DNA of 64,000 nt. Origin: Armatimonadota bacterium. GTDB lineage: Bacteria; Armatimonadota; UBA10988. Below are positions 17,556 to 27,050 of this stretch, piece by piece. The notes beneath the pieces are model-generated. The model was not told where the DNA came from and did no database searches. It was given only the letters and a program-made list of their open reading frames with translations. A program made the translations under genes and the position numbers. The stretch spans positions 19,775-83,774 of the forward strand of contig JACRKZ010000069.1 of assembly GCA_016235455.1 (NCBI GenBank), read 5' to 3'. The stretch's first letter is position 1. Each line of letters begins with the position of its first letter.

Positions 17556-18869
17556 TCACCCGCGCAGGAACGCCTCCACCTCATCCAGCCCCAATGGCGC
17601 GGCGGCGGTGAAGTTCTCACAGCCCTGCTCGGTGACGACGACCGTGTCCTCGCAGCGGATGTAGAGCTTCTCCTCGGGCACCCACAGCTGCGGGTCGACC
17701 GCGAAGACCACGCCCGGCTCCAGGGGCCGCAGCGTGTAGTTGTCCACGTCGTGGACGATCATCCCCACCGAGTGCGACAGATGGCCGCGGAAGTCCAGCA
17801 TGCGCCGCCCGGCGGCCTCGTATGCGGGCTTGGACCACGGCCAGCGGTCGATCACGGGCGCCATGGCCCCAGCGGCCTCGGCATGGACCTCGTCGGCGGT
17901 GAGACCGGGCCGGATGGCGGCCAGGACAGCCAGATGGTACTCGACCACGAAGCCGTACAGCTCGCGCGCCTGGGCCGAGTAGGTGCCGTTGACGGGCCAC
18001 ATGCGGCCGATGTCGCTGGTGTAGTAGCCGTAGTCGGGAGCCGTGTCCATCAGGATCAGGTCGCCGTCGCGCAGCTCACAATCACACCGCCAGTAGTGGG
18101 CGAACCAGATGTTGCCCGCGCCCGCCGCGGTGATCGAGCGGTAGCCCTCGCCGCGCGCGCCGCCGTCGAGGTAGACCTGGTTGGCCAGCGCATTGAGTTG
18201 GTACTCATAGAGGCCCGGCCGGGTCGCGGCCATGGCGGCGATGATGGCTTGCGCCGACAATTCGCCCGCGCGGCGCATGACCGCGATCTCGGCGGCGCTC
18301 TTGATGCCCCTCATGCGGTCGGTAATCGGGGATAGGTCGGCGATCGTGACGCCCGGCAGGCGGTCGCACAATAGGTCGATGAGCCGCTGCTCGCGAGTCG
18401 GCGCGGCGTCCCAGGGGTCGGCCGCGATGAGGCGCTCGGCGTGGAGCATCTCGTCGCGCGACGACTGGAAGCCCTCGGCCGGCTGGTGCGGGGTGTAGAC
18501 CGTCGTTGCGCCGGCGAGATCGTTCGCCAACTCCGCTAGCGGACGCACGCGGTCGACGCCGGTGTGGGCACGGATCAGTTCTTCATCCTGCGCGCCGAGC
18601 GTGTCGCCTTCCGCGCCTGGCGTCTCGCGGCGCGGCGGGAGGTAGATCGTCGAGCGCTGAGCGCGGCCGTCGAGCAGCAGGTAGGCCTGGGGCACTTCGA
18701 GCCCGGTCAGGTAGTACAGCTCGTTGGTTTGGCGGAAGGCCACGAATCCACGCGGCGGCGCGGCGCCCTGCACCAGCGCGACGGCGTCGTCGCCGACGGC
18801 GGCCAGCACGCGGCGGCGGCGGTCGGTCAGTTCGGCGGGGGTGAAGTGGGTCTGGAAGAGGCTGGGCAT
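17556..18869 (-). CDS. M24B Xaa-Pro aminopeptidase / prolidase family protein
   Basis: ATG at 18869. Creatinase-like N-domain, then the M24 pita-bread signature DGDLILMDTAPDYGYYTSDIGRMWP...HSVGM...VFAVDPQL...IRCEDTVVVT. Confidence 0.8.
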   Translation of the reverse strand: MPSLFQTHFTPAELTDRRRRVLAAVGDDAVALVQGAAPPRGFVAFRQTNELYYLTGLEVPQAYLLLDGRAQRSTIYLPPRRETPGAEGDTLGAQDEELIRAHTGVDRVRPLAELANDLAGATTVYTPHQPAEGFQSSRDEMLHAERLIAADPWDAAPTREQRLIDLLCDRLPGVTIADLSPITDRMRGIKSAAEIAVMRRAGELSAQAIIAAMAATRPGLYEYQLNALANQVYLDGGARGEGYRSITAAGAGNIWFAHYWRCDCELRDGDLILMDTAPDYGYYTSDIGRMWPVNGTYSAQARELYGFVVEYHLAVLAAIRPGLTADEVHAEAAGAMAPVIDRWPWSKPAYEAAGRRMLDFRGHLSHSVGMIVHDVDNYTLRPLEPGVVFAVDPQLWVPEEKLYIRCEDTVVVTEQGCENFTAAAPLGLDEVEAFLRG

Positions 18870-18902
18870 GGATGGCCTACGCCTTCGGGCGGTGGGACGC
18901 GC

Positions 18903-18983
18903 GTTTGTAGTTCCGCCTTCAGGCGGTCGAGGCGGAGGCACGACGTGCTCGCACTTCGGCCGCCCGAAGGCGGAACTACAAAC
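18903..18983. repeat. Inverted repeat with self-hairpinning arms (cruciform-type element)
   Basis: GTTTGTAGTTCCGCCTTCAGGCGG (18903-18926) is the reverse complement of 18960-18983 with 1 mismatch in 24. Each arm contains CCGCC-N4-GGCGG. Confidence 0.8.
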
Positions 18984-19007
18984 AGGGCTCGGTTCGCGGC
19001 CTTTGGC

Positions 19008-19691
19008 CTAGAACTTCACCCCAGGATTGGTGAAGCGCAAGCCAGCGCCGTCGTGATAGGTGGCGTACTCGGTGACGATCGCGCCATCGGTGCCGCCCAT
19101 CATGAAGTGCTTCTGGCCGACAGCGGCCAGGCGCTGCGCGCCGCCGACGTCGAGTCGGCTGACCTTGCGGGCCGTGGTGAACTTCTGCTGGCTCTCGGGG
19201 ATGAGCTTGGCCGCTTCGGGCGACTCGGGGCCCTCGGCGAACAGGTAGACCCAACCGTAACGAGCCTGCCAGGACTCCATCTTCGGCGCCATGTCGGTCT
19301 TGACGTGCGCGTGCTCGACGATCATCTGGCCGGGCAGCAGGTAGATCTCATGGCCGAAGTACGAGAAGTCCTTCTCGTTGACCCAGAAGATGCCGCCCAT
19401 GCCGGCGTGAACGAAGTCGCCCAGGCCGAAGTCGGTGGCCCAGATGTTGGCCTTGAGGTAGTCGCTGCTGGGCACATGGTACTTGGCCATCAGCTCGAGG
19501 TACGCGGCTTTGCCCTTCTCGGCGTCGAACTTGCCGTCGGCGCCGTAGAACATCTCGTTCTTATACGGGGACATCGGGATCTCCTGAGCCGGCGCCACGC
19601 CTGTGCGGCTGGCGCCACCAGCCATCGCCACGCCGGTCACGCCCAGGGCCGCCATCGCGGCCAGGACCTGTCGGCGATTGAGGTCTTCCAT
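19008..19691 (-). CDS. Tat-signal cupin protein, D-lyxose/D-mannose isomerase-like (tentative)
   Basis: ATG at 19691 after GAGGAG. Twin-arginine leader NRRQVLAAMAALGVTGVAMAGG. Cupin core WATDFGLGDF...HEIYLLPGQMIVEHAH resembles YdaE-type lyxose isomerases. Confidence 0.45.
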   Translation of the reverse strand: MEDLNRRQVLAAMAALGVTGVAMAGGASRTGVAPAQEIPMSPYKNEMFYGADGKFDAEKGKAAYLELMAKYHVPSSDYLKANIWATDFGLGDFVHAGMGGIFWVNEKDFSYFGHEIYLLPGQMIVEHAHVKTDMAPKMESWQARYGWVYLFAEGPESPEAAKLIPESQQKFTTARKVSRLDVGGAQRLAAVGQKHFMMGGTDGAIVTEYATYHDGAGLRFTNPGVKF

Positions 19692-19718
19692 GGATCGCTC
19701 CTCACGCCAGGCGCCCGA

Positions 19719-20606
19719 TCAGGCGTCCTGGTACATCTGATAGGCATCCGCCGGCGGCATCAGTTGATGCACCACCGCCGAGACGGCCTTGGCCATGGCC
19801 ACCGGCTTGTCGGCCTGGAAGATGTTGCGGCCCATGTCGACGCCCGCGGCGCCCTGCTGGACGGCGTTGTAGCACATCTTCAGCGTGTCGAGCTCGGGCA
19901 GCTTCTTGCCGCCGGCGATGACGATAGGCACGGGGCAGGCTGCGGTGACCTGCTCGAAGTCGGACTCACAGTAGTACGTCTTGACATAGTGAGCGCCGAG
20001 TTCGGCGATGATGCGGCAGGCCAGGCCCAGGTAGCGCGCGTCACGTACCATCTCGCGTCCGACGGCGGTCACGCCGAGGGTCGGGATGCCGTAGCGGTTG
20101 CCCGCATCGATGGTCTTGGTCAGGTTCTCCAGCGTGTCGTGCTCATGCTCGCCGCCGACATAGACCTGCACCGCCATGGCCGCGGCGTCGAGGCGCACGG
20201 CGTCCTCGATGTCCACGCCGACATGCTCGTAGCTCAGATCCTTGAGGATCGTCGCGCCGGCCGAGCAGCGCAGGGCGATCGGCTTGGTGACGGTGGGCGG
20301 AATGCAGCTGCGCAGCACGCCGCGCGTGCACATGAGCACGTCGACATGCTCGCACAGGGGCACGATGTTCAGGTCGATGCGCTCGAGACCGGTGGTCGGT
20401 CCCATGATGTAGCCATGGTCGAAGGCCAACATCACAGTGCGCCCGCTCTTGGGGTTGAAGATGCGCGACAGGCGGTTCTTCATGCCCCAGTCGAGGTTGC
20501 CCGAGCCGCGCAGGAAGAAGCCTGGGGTCTCGAACGGGATATGGGGGCTGAACGCCTTGCTCTCGCCCGTGTCACCACCCGGGGTGGTCGTTTGTTCGTC
20601 TGGCAT
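19719..20606 (-). CDS. LsrF/DhnA-type class I aldolase family protein (DeoC/FbaB superfamily)
   Basis: Strong resemblance to E. coli LsrF throughout: [42 protein letters not shown] (Schiff-base Lys context), [22 protein letters not shown]. The second ATG (20606) has GGAGAG 6 nt upstream; the first ATG is at 20618. Confidence 0.8.
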   Translation of the reverse strand: MPDEQTTTPGGDTGESKAFSPHIPFETPGFFLRGSGNLDWGMKNRLSRIFNPKSGRTVMLAFDHGYIMGPTTGLERIDLNIVPLCEHVDVLMCTRGVLRSCIPPTVTKPIALRCSAGATILKDLSYEHVGVDIEDAVRLDAAAMAVQVYVGGEHEHDTLENLTKTIDAGNRYGIPTLGVTAVGREMVRDARYLGLACRIIAELGAHYVKTYYCESDFEQVTAACPVPIVIAGGKKLPELDTLKMCYNAVQQGAAGVDMGRNIFQADKPVAMAKAVSAVVHQLMPPADAYQMYQDA

Positions 20607-20671
20607 ATGTCTCTCCATAGGGTGTGGGGGCGACCCGGGTGGGCCGCCCCTGGCACGTCGTGCAGACCGGC

Positions 20672-21307
20672 TCAGGCCGCGGCTTCCGCGAAGGCGCGGA
20701 AGAGCAGGCTCATCGACGTGGCGCCGGCATCGGGCGAGCCCTTGCTGCGCTCGCCCAGATTGCGGGCCCGGCCGAACTTGGCCTGCATGTCGGTGGTGGC
20801 CACGGCGCCGGCCTCGGCGGCCGCGGCCGCGTTGTCCAACGCCTCGGCCACGCCCAGACCGCCGTCCGCGGCGCTGCGCAGCGCCTGCACCGCGGGGACC
20901 AGCGCGTCCATCATGGTCTTGTCGCCGGGCTGGGCCTTGGTCTGGCGCTGCACGGCGGCCAGACCAGCCTCGAACGCCGCGGCGAAGGCAGCGGCATCCA
21001 GGGCGCTCTGACCGGCCGCGGATTCGGCCAGGCCGTTGAACAGCGTGCCCAGCAGCGGCCCGGTGGACCCGCCGTCGACGCCCAGCAGCGCCCAGCCGAC
21101 ATCGGTCAGCAGGGCCGGCAGGTCGCCTTCGGCTGAGGCGCCGATGGCCGTCTCGATGCAGCCCATGGCGCGCTTCATGGTCGTGCCATGATCGCCGTCA
21201 CCGGCATAGGCATCGAGCTGGCCGAGCCACTCGTGCTTGTCGATCACCTTGGTCTCGGCGGCGCGCAGCAGCGCCACCATGGCCGCGTAGTCAATGCTCT
21301 GGATCAT
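20672..21307 (-). CDS. dhaL: Dihydroxyacetone kinase, ADP/ATP-binding subunit DhaL
   Basis: Characteristic [17 protein letters not shown]...[12 protein letters not shown]...GDKTMMDAL...[18 protein letters not shown]. Confidence 0.85.
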   Translation of the reverse strand: MIQSIDYAAMVALLRAAETKVIDKHEWLGQLDAYAGDGDHGTTMKRAMGCIETAIGASAEGDLPALLTDVGWALLGVDGGSTGPLLGTLFNGLAESAAGQSALDAAAFAAAFEAGLAAVQRQTKAQPGDKTMMDALVPAVQALRSAADGGLGVAEALDNAAAAAEAGAVATTDMQAKFGRARNLGERSKGSPDAGATSMSLLFRAFAEAAA

Positions 21308-21317
21308 CGAGCCTGCC

Positions 21318-22319
21318 TCACTTGCCGCTCACGGTCAGGTACGGCGTGTCGGCGGGGGCGTCCCACAGCGCGATCAGTTCGTCGTCCATCTTGGCGGCGA
21401 ACATCTGGAAGCCGGCCATCTCCTGCACCGTGAGGTACTCGTCGCAGCCGCCGCGCACCACTTCGATGCCCTTCTCGGCGCACACCTGAGCCACCTTGCG
21501 GAAGACGATGAACATCTCCATGAGCGTGGTGGCGCCGGTGCCGTTGAGCAGAACCAGCAACTTGTCCCCGGCCTTGGCCTCGATGTCGGCCAGCAGCATG
21601 TTGATCATGATCTCCGCGGTCTCGTCCGCGCTCTTGAGCTTCATGCGGCCCGTGCCGGCCTCGCCGTGCTGGCCCATGCCGATTTCCATCTCGTCTTCGG
21701 GCAGTTCGAAGATGAACTCACCGGTCGAGGGATGGCTGGCGGGCGTCAAGGCCACGGCCAGCGTGGCCATGTTGTCGTTGAACTTCTCGGCCACGGCCAG
21801 CACTTCATCCAGCGAACGGCCCTCTTCGGCGGCCGCGCCGGCGATCTTGTACAGCGGCACGCAGCCGACCAGGCCGCGCCGGTTCTCGGGCTCGGACTTG
21901 GGGCCGCCGGCCACGTCTTCGTGGGTCAGGATCTGCTTGACGTTCAGGCCCTGCTTGGCGGCCATCTCCATGACGATGTTGGCGGTCATGACGTCGCCCG
22001 AGTGGTTGAGCACCACAAAGAGCACGCCCGCGCCGAGGTCGGCCCGCTTGATGGCGTCGAGCACGCGGGGCGGACCAGGCGCCGCGAAGATCTCGCCGGG
22101 CACGCTGATGTCGATCATGCCTTCGCCCACGAAGCCCGACAGCGCCGGCTCATGCCCGCTGCCGCCGTGGGTGACGATGGCCACTTTGCCCGCCGCCTTG
22201 GGCGTCGCGCGCACGACCAGATTGTTGCCTTCCAGCTTGATCTTCTTGGCGTACGCCGCGGCATAGCCCTCCAGAAGCTCGCTGACGAGATTGTCCGGAT
22301 CGTTGATGAACTTCTTCAT
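21318..22319 (-). CDS. dhaK: Dihydroxyacetone kinase, substrate-binding subunit DhaK
   Basis: ATG at 22319. MKKFINDPDNLVSELLEG...VAIVTHGGSGHEPA...VLNHSGDVMTA...GLVGCVPLYKIAGAAAE. The upstream 149 codons of track ORF 21318..22766 are a shadow frame. Confidence 0.85.
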   Translation of the reverse strand: MKKFINDPDNLVSELLEGYAAAYAKKIKLEGNNLVVRATPKAAGKVAIVTHGGSGHEPALSGFVGEGMIDISVPGEIFAAPGPPRVLDAIKRADLGAGVLFVVLNHSGDVMTANIVMEMAAKQGLNVKQILTHEDVAGGPKSEPENRRGLVGCVPLYKIAGAAAEEGRSLDEVLAVAEKFNDNMATLAVALTPASHPSTGEFIFELPEDEMEIGMGQHGEAGTGRMKLKSADETAEIMINMLLADIEAKAGDKLLVLLNGTGATTLMEMFIVFRKVAQVCAEKGIEVVRGGCDEYLTVQEMAGFQMFAAKMDDELIALWDAPADTPYLTVSGK

Positions 22320-22399
22320 GCCACTCTCACTCCCATCGCCTCGGTCCCACGCTCGGCGGTGGCCCCCAGGGCCAACGGTCCGCGTCGCGTGCCCTTGGC

Positions 22400-22714
22400 T
22401 CAGCCCAGTTGGATGTACTCGAGGTTGACGCCGTCCTTGACCAGGAACGCGACGGTCACGCCGGGCATGACCTCCATCGGCGCGTTGAGGATCTTCTCCT
22501 CGCCGGCCAGGGCCGCCTGGATGTCCTCGACCTGATAGGCCACGTGCGGCCCACGCCGCAGCGACTCGTGGAGGACACTGTCGTGCTCGAAACGAACGTA
22601 CTCGAAGCACAGCGGATGCGCCGAGGGGTCGGTCACGTGGACACCGGCGGCTTCGATGTACGTGGTTTCCGGCAGGCGCTCTTGGGTCGGCACGCCGACG
22701 TGAAGGAACTGCAT
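22400..22714 (-). CDS. Small VOC/glyoxalase-fold protein (104 aa)
   Basis: ATG at 22714 after AGGAG. MQFLHVGVPT...HVAYQVEDIQAAL...VAFLVKDGVNLEYIQ is typical of a single beta-alpha-beta-beta-beta VOC module. Confidence 0.55.
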   Translation of the reverse strand: MQFLHVGVPTQERLPETTYIEAAGVHVTDPSAHPLCFEYVRFEHDSVLHESLRRGPHVAYQVEDIQAALAGEEKILNAPMEVMPGVTVAFLVKDGVNLEYIQLG

Positions 22715-22934
22715 CGTGAACACTCCTGACCAGGTGATTGCCCATCGTGCGCGAGAGGGCGGACACGGGCCATTCACCGCGCGAGTCTGCCCGATCAATA
22801 TCCCTGCGTCAAGGGCTTCCACCGCTGATCGCGCTATGCTACCATACTCTCGGCGCGGGGATGTGGTATCGATATCGGGAACCTCGCCCCGAGATGGTTC
22901 GTCCCCAAGCACGTTTCGCAGGAATCAAGAAACC

Positions 22935-24797
22935 ATGCGCAAGTCTATCTCCATGATGCTCGTCGGCGCGCTTGCGGGCGCTGTCGTTCTCTGGTCCGGT
23001 GGTCGGGTGGAGGCCCAGCAGGGCAACGCTCACGCGCCGGTCGCCATCGCCGCCGACACCGCGGGCACCCGGCTCTGGGTGGCGGAATCGGATGGGCGGC
23101 GCCTGGTGGCGCTCGACGCCGGGGGCAAGCAGTTGGCCCAGGTCGCGTTGCCGGGACCGGCGACGGGTCTGGCCCTCAACCGCGATGCCTCGACGGCCTT
23201 TGTGACCATGGGCGACAGCTCGGTGGCGGCGTTCGATGCCGCGACGCTCAAGGCGCGCGGCACCTGGCAGTCCGGCTACGGCGTGTCCGGCCCGGTGGTC
23301 AGCCCCGACGGCGCCACGGTCTATGTGTGCCTGCGCTGGACCGCCGAAGTGGCGGCCATCGACGCCAAGACCGGCAAGGAGCGCGCGCGCATCAAGGTGC
23401 TGCGCCAGCCGACCGTCGCGGCCATCACGCCCGACGGCGCCAAGCTCTACGTGGCCAACCTGCTGTCGGTCGACCCGTCGACCGCGCCGACCGTGGCCGC
23501 CGAAGTGAGCATCGTCGACACCAAGACCAACAAGGTCAGCGGCCAGGTGCGGCTGCCTGACGGCAGCCACTCGCTGCGCGGCATCGCGCTGGCGCCCGAT
23601 GGCAAGACGGTCTATGTGGCGCACCTGCTGTCGCGCTACCACCTGCCCACCACGCAGCTCGAGCGCGGCTGGATGAACACCAACGCGCTGTCGCTCATCG
23701 ACACTGCCACGGACAAGCGCATCAACACCGTGCTGCTCGACGAAGTGGACCGCGGCTCCGCCAACCCGTGGGCCGTGGGTGTCTCCGCCGACGGCGCGAC
23801 GCTGTGCGTCACCTCGGCCGGGACCCACGAGGTCAGCCTGATCGACACCGCCGCGCTGCGCAAGAAGCTGGACGAGGCCGCCAAGGCCTTCGCCGCCAAG
23901 ACGCAGACCACCGCGGTCGCCGTTGACGGCTACACCGAGACCGACGGCGTGTCCGAGGACCTGACCTTCCTGCTGGGCATGCGCCGGCGGGTGGCTCTGC
24001 CCATCAACGGCCCGCGCAGCATCGCCGTGGCCGGTGGCAAGGCTTTCTCGGCGGGCTTCTACAGTGACAACATCGCCATGGTCGACCTGGCCAGCAGCAA
24101 GGTCGAGTCGGCCAAGCTGTTGCCCGAAGTGCCCATGAGCGAAGTGCGCCGCGGTGACATGTTCTTCGCCGACGCCTCGCTCTGCTTCCAGAACTGGCAG
24201 AGCTGCTCCAGCTGCCATCCCGACACGCGCGCGGACGGCCTCAACTGGGACCTGCTGAACGATGGCATCGGCAACCCCAAGAACACCAAGAGCATGCTCT
24301 ACACGTTCAAGACGCCGCCGGCCATGAGCCTGGGCGTGCGCGAATCGGTCGAGGCGGCGGTGCGCGCCGGTATCCGCGTCATCCAGTTCGCCGTGCGGCC
24401 CGAAGAGGACGCCAAGGCCATCGACGAGTACCTCAAGTCGTTCAAGCCGCAGGCCAGCCCCAAGCTGGTCAACGGTAAGCTGAGCGCCTCGGCGCAGCGC
24501 GGCAAGGCGCTGTTCGACAACAAGGACGTCGGCTGCTCGAGCTGCCACGAGGGCCCGCTGTTCACTTCGCTCAAGCACTACGACGTGGGCCTGGGCATCG
24601 GCAGCGAGGCCGGCAAGCCGTTCGACACGCCGACTCTCATTGAGGCCTGGCGCACCGGTCCCTACCTGCATGATGGTCGCGCGGCCACGCTGCTCGACGT
24701 GATCACCAAGTGCAATCCCAACGACAAGCACGGCAAGACGTCGCAACTGAACAAGCAGCAGTTGGCGGACCTGGCCGAGTACGTCGGTTCGCTCTGA
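22935..24797 (+). CDS. Secreted YVTN-type beta-propeller fused to a di-haem cytochrome c peroxidase-like domain
   Basis: Signal peptide MRKSISMMLVGALAGAVVLW. Repeated SPDG-x-VYV / TPDGAKLYVAN propeller blades. Two CxxCH haem motifs, CSSCH (x2), in a CCP/MauG-like C-terminus. Confidence 0.75.
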   Translation: MRKSISMMLVGALAGAVVLWSGGRVEAQQGNAHAPVAIAADTAGTRLWVAESDGRRLVALDAGGKQLAQVALPGPATGLALNRDASTAFVTMGDSSVAAFDAATLKARGTWQSGYGVSGPVVSPDGATVYVCLRWTAEVAAIDAKTGKERARIKVLRQPTVAAITPDGAKLYVANLLSVDPSTAPTVAAEVSIVDTKTNKVSGQVRLPDGSHSLRGIALAPDGKTVYVAHLLSRYHLPTTQLERGWMNTNALSLIDTATDKRINTVLLDEVDRGSANPWAVGVSADGATLCVTSAGTHEVSLIDTAALRKKLDEAAKAFAAKTQTTAVAVDGYTETDGVSEDLTFLLGMRRRVALPINGPRSIAVAGGKAFSAGFYSDNIAMVDLASSKVESAKLLPEVPMSEVRRGDMFFADASLCFQNWQSCSSCHPDTRADGLNWDLLNDGIGNPKNTKSMLYTFKTPPAMSLGVRESVEAAVRAGIRVIQFAVRPEEDAKAIDEYLKSFKPQASPKLVNGKLSASAQRGKALFDNKDVGCSSCHEGPLFTSLKHYDVGLGIGSEAGKPFDTPTLIEAWRTGPYLHDGRAATLLDVITKCNPNDKHGKTSQLNKQQLADLAEYVGSL

Positions 24798-24876
24798 ATC
24801 TCGACGGGAACCACCCGATAGATGTATTGGGCGAGTAGCCCACGCGAGCACGGCGGCGGACCGCCGGGAGTGGACC

Positions 24877-25947
24877 ATGCGTTGTGTCGGTGAGTTGACC
24901 GAATACGATATCACCCTGGCTGCGCAGCCAGGGGAGACCCTGGAGCAGATGGTTGGCCGGCTGGCCGAGCAGCTGCACTCGGCCGATGCCGAGATGCTGC
25001 GGCTCGTGGCGCTGGCGCCGGTCGGTATGAAGGACCGGCTCGACGGTGCGTTGGCCGATGCCTTCGGCGAGGTGGACTGGCCGGTGACGCAGCTCTGCGG
25101 CGTGGGCACCGTGCCCGAGGGTCAGGTGCTGGGCCTGCAGGCCCATGCGCTGGCCGGCGCCGTCATCGACCGAGTCGAGTACGAAGGTCGCCCGATCGGC
25201 AGCATGTACAGCGATGGCTACGCGCAGTACGTGCTGTTGGGCAACCTGTTCGATCCCGACCTGAGCAAGAGCCGCTACGACCAGTGCCGGGGCACCTTCG
25301 AGTTCATGGAGCAGGTGCTCGACCCGCTGGGCATGGACTTCCACAACATCGTGCGCACCTGGCTCTTCGCCGATCGCATCCTGGAGTGGTATGGCGACCT
25401 GAACAAGGCCCGCAGCAGCTTCTTCACCGACCGTGGCGTGTTTGGCCGGCGCGTGCCGGCCAGCACCGGTGTCGGTATCGGCAACCCGTTTGGCGCCGCC
25501 ATGGTGACCGACGTGTTGGCCATGCTGCCGGCCGAGACCGACGGCTGCGTCGCCGAGCCGACTCCGTCGCCGCTGCAGTGCGCGGCGCTCGACTACGGCA
25601 GTGCCTTCAGCCGCGCCATGGAGCTGCGCGTGCCCGGCAGTCGCCGACTGCTCATCAGCGGCACCGCCAGCATCGAGCCAGGCGGCGCCACGGTGCATGA
25701 CACCATCGACGAGCAGATCGACTGGACCATGCAGGTGGTCGAGGCCCTGCTGCGCTCGCGCGGCATGGACCACGGCGACGTCTGTCGAGCCATCGTTTAC
25801 TACGCCAACCCCGACTGGTTCGGCAAGTTGGAGGAGTGGCAGACGGCGCACGACGTCGACCTGTACCCGGCGACCAACGCCCAGGCCGATATCTGCCGCG
25901 ACGACCTGCTGTTCGAGATCGAACTCGACGCCGAAATCGCCGAGTAG
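24877..25947 (+). CDS. FkbO/Hyg5-like chorismatase-fold (tandem YjgF/RidA-like) protein
   Basis: GGGAG RBS. VRTWLFADRILEWYGDLNKARSSFF...PASTGVGI...LLISGTASIEPGGATVHDTIDEQIDWTMQVVEALL follows the FkbO/Hyg5 pattern (RIWNY...FN.GR...ATGIG...SGTASI). Confidence 0.5.
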   Translation: MRCVGELTEYDITLAAQPGETLEQMVGRLAEQLHSADAEMLRLVALAPVGMKDRLDGALADAFGEVDWPVTQLCGVGTVPEGQVLGLQAHALAGAVIDRVEYEGRPIGSMYSDGYAQYVLLGNLFDPDLSKSRYDQCRGTFEFMEQVLDPLGMDFHNIVRTWLFADRILEWYGDLNKARSSFFTDRGVFGRRVPASTGVGIGNPFGAAMVTDVLAMLPAETDGCVAEPTPSPLQCAALDYGSAFSRAMELRVPGSRRLLISGTASIEPGGATVHDTIDEQIDWTMQVVEALLRSRGMDHGDVCRAIVYYANPDWFGKLEEWQTAHDVDLYPATNAQADICRDDLLFEIELDAEIAE

Positions 25948-25976
25948 GGGCCGCCGCCCGGATCCCCATGGAGCAC

Positions 25977-26029
25977 AGCCGCCCTCGGCGGTGCGTTGGT
26001 CGAGAGGCCGCGCACAGCCGAGGGCGGTT
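25977..26029. terminator. Hairpin between convergent genes (12 of 13 bp stem, 27-nt loop)
   Basis: AGCCGCCCTCGGC (25977-25989) pairs with GCCGAGGGCGGTT (26017-26029), followed by cTgTcTTc. Confidence 0.35.
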
Positions 26030-26075
26030 CTGTCTTCAGGTGGCAAGGTGCCGGGTCTGATCCGCTCACCGGCCA

Positions 26076-27050
26076 CTACGCCAGCGAAACCACCCGGCCT
26101 TCGCGCGCTGACTCATAGGCGGCCTTGACATAGGCCAGATTGTCCCGCGCCGCCGGGGCGCTGGACAGCGGCTGGGCGCCGGTCGCCACGCAGCTGACGA
26201 AATCCTCGATCGGTCCGGCCATCCACGCGCCGGGCGGCAGCTCGATGGTCTGCTCGCCATCGCGGTCGCTGCGCAGCTCAAGCCGGCCACGATGCGCCGT
26301 GAGACTGCCCGCCGTGCCCAGCACGCGCAGCGGCATGCCCGGCGTGTGGCGGCTGGAGGCTGAGATGGTCAGCACCGAGAGCACGCCGTCGCGATGGCGC
26401 GCGGTCACCGCCGCCACGTCCTCACCGGCGTAGCAGTCGCGCACGCGCCGGGTCAGACAGCTCATTTGCTCCGGCAGGCCGGCGTAGTGCAGCAGGTAGT
26501 CCACGTAGTGGATACCACCGTCGACCAGGGCGCCGCCGCCCATGAGGTGCTCGTCGAACCGCCAGTCGGTGGTCAGGTACTCGTTGCCCTGCCACCAGGC
26601 CATGGTGACCTGCACAGCCAGCACATCGCCTATGCAGCCGGTGTCGACCAACTCGCGAGCGCGCGGCACCAACGGGTCATAGCGGCACGACTCGGCGATG
26701 AGCAGCGTGCGGCCCGACCGCTCGGCCGCCGCGATCATGGCGTCGGCGTCCTCCAGCGTGTGCGCGATGGGCTTCTGGCACATGACATGCTTGCCGGCGG
26801 CCAGCGCGGCCTCGGTGAACGGCCGGTGCAGGTGGTGCGGCAGGCAGAGGTCCACGGCATCGATGGCGGGGTCGGCCAGCATGGCCTCGAAGGCCAGCAC
26901 CGACGCACCCGACTTCGTCGCGGCGGCCTGCGCCTTGTCCGCATCCACGTCCGCCACGGCGACCACGCGCGCGTGCTCGCCCACTTGCGCCCAAGTGTCG
27001 AGATGCGCGCCACTGATGATGCCGCACCCGACCAGCCCGACTCGTATCAC
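26076..27050 (-). CDS. Cytoplasmic Gfo/Idh/MocA family oxidoreductase
   Basis: GTG at 27050 lies 4 nt after GGAGAG. VIRVGLVGCGIISGAH Rossmann start. LCLPHHLH and MCQKP motifs. The rest of track ORF 26076..27338 is a shadow. Confidence 0.85.
   Translation of the reverse strand: MIRVGLVGCGIISGAHLDTWAQVGEHARVVAVADVDADKAQAAATKSGASVLAFEAMLADPAIDAVDLCLPHHLHRPFTEAALAAGKHVMCQKPIAHTLEDADAMIAAAERSGRTLLIAESCRYDPLVPRARELVDTGCIGDVLAVQVTMAWWQGNEYLTTDWRFDEHLMGGGALVDGGIHYVDYLLHYAGLPEQMSCLTRRVRDCYAGEDVAAVTARHRDGVLSVLTISASSRHTPGMPLRVLGTAGSLTAHRGRLELRSDRDGEQTIELPPGAWMAGPIEDFVSCVATGAQPLSSAPAARDNLAYVKAAYESAREGRVVSLA

Noticed and set aside
18564-21011. 815-aa plus-strand ORF spanning the pepP, cupin, LsrF-like and DhaL region
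   Set aside because: It runs antisense across four separate, well-supported minus-strand genes and their intergenic gaps, and its product has no motif content.
21318-22766. Upstream extensions of the DhaK ORF. The same pattern occurs in ORFs 43176..44861, 2370..3683, 26076..27338, 57168..57965, 57830..59023 and 63151..63897.
   Set aside because: In each case the conserved protein begins at an internal start with an RBS, a signal peptide or a stop-start overlap. The upstream part is Arg/Pro/Gly-rich and overlaps a neighbouring gene.
22839-25109. 756-aa minus-strand ORF opposite the propeller-cytochrome c peroxidase and FkbO-like genes
   Set aside because: Shadow frame. The plus-strand genes carry CxxCH haem motifs, a signal peptide and good RBSs, while the minus-strand product is low-complexity and Arg/Ala/Gly-rich.
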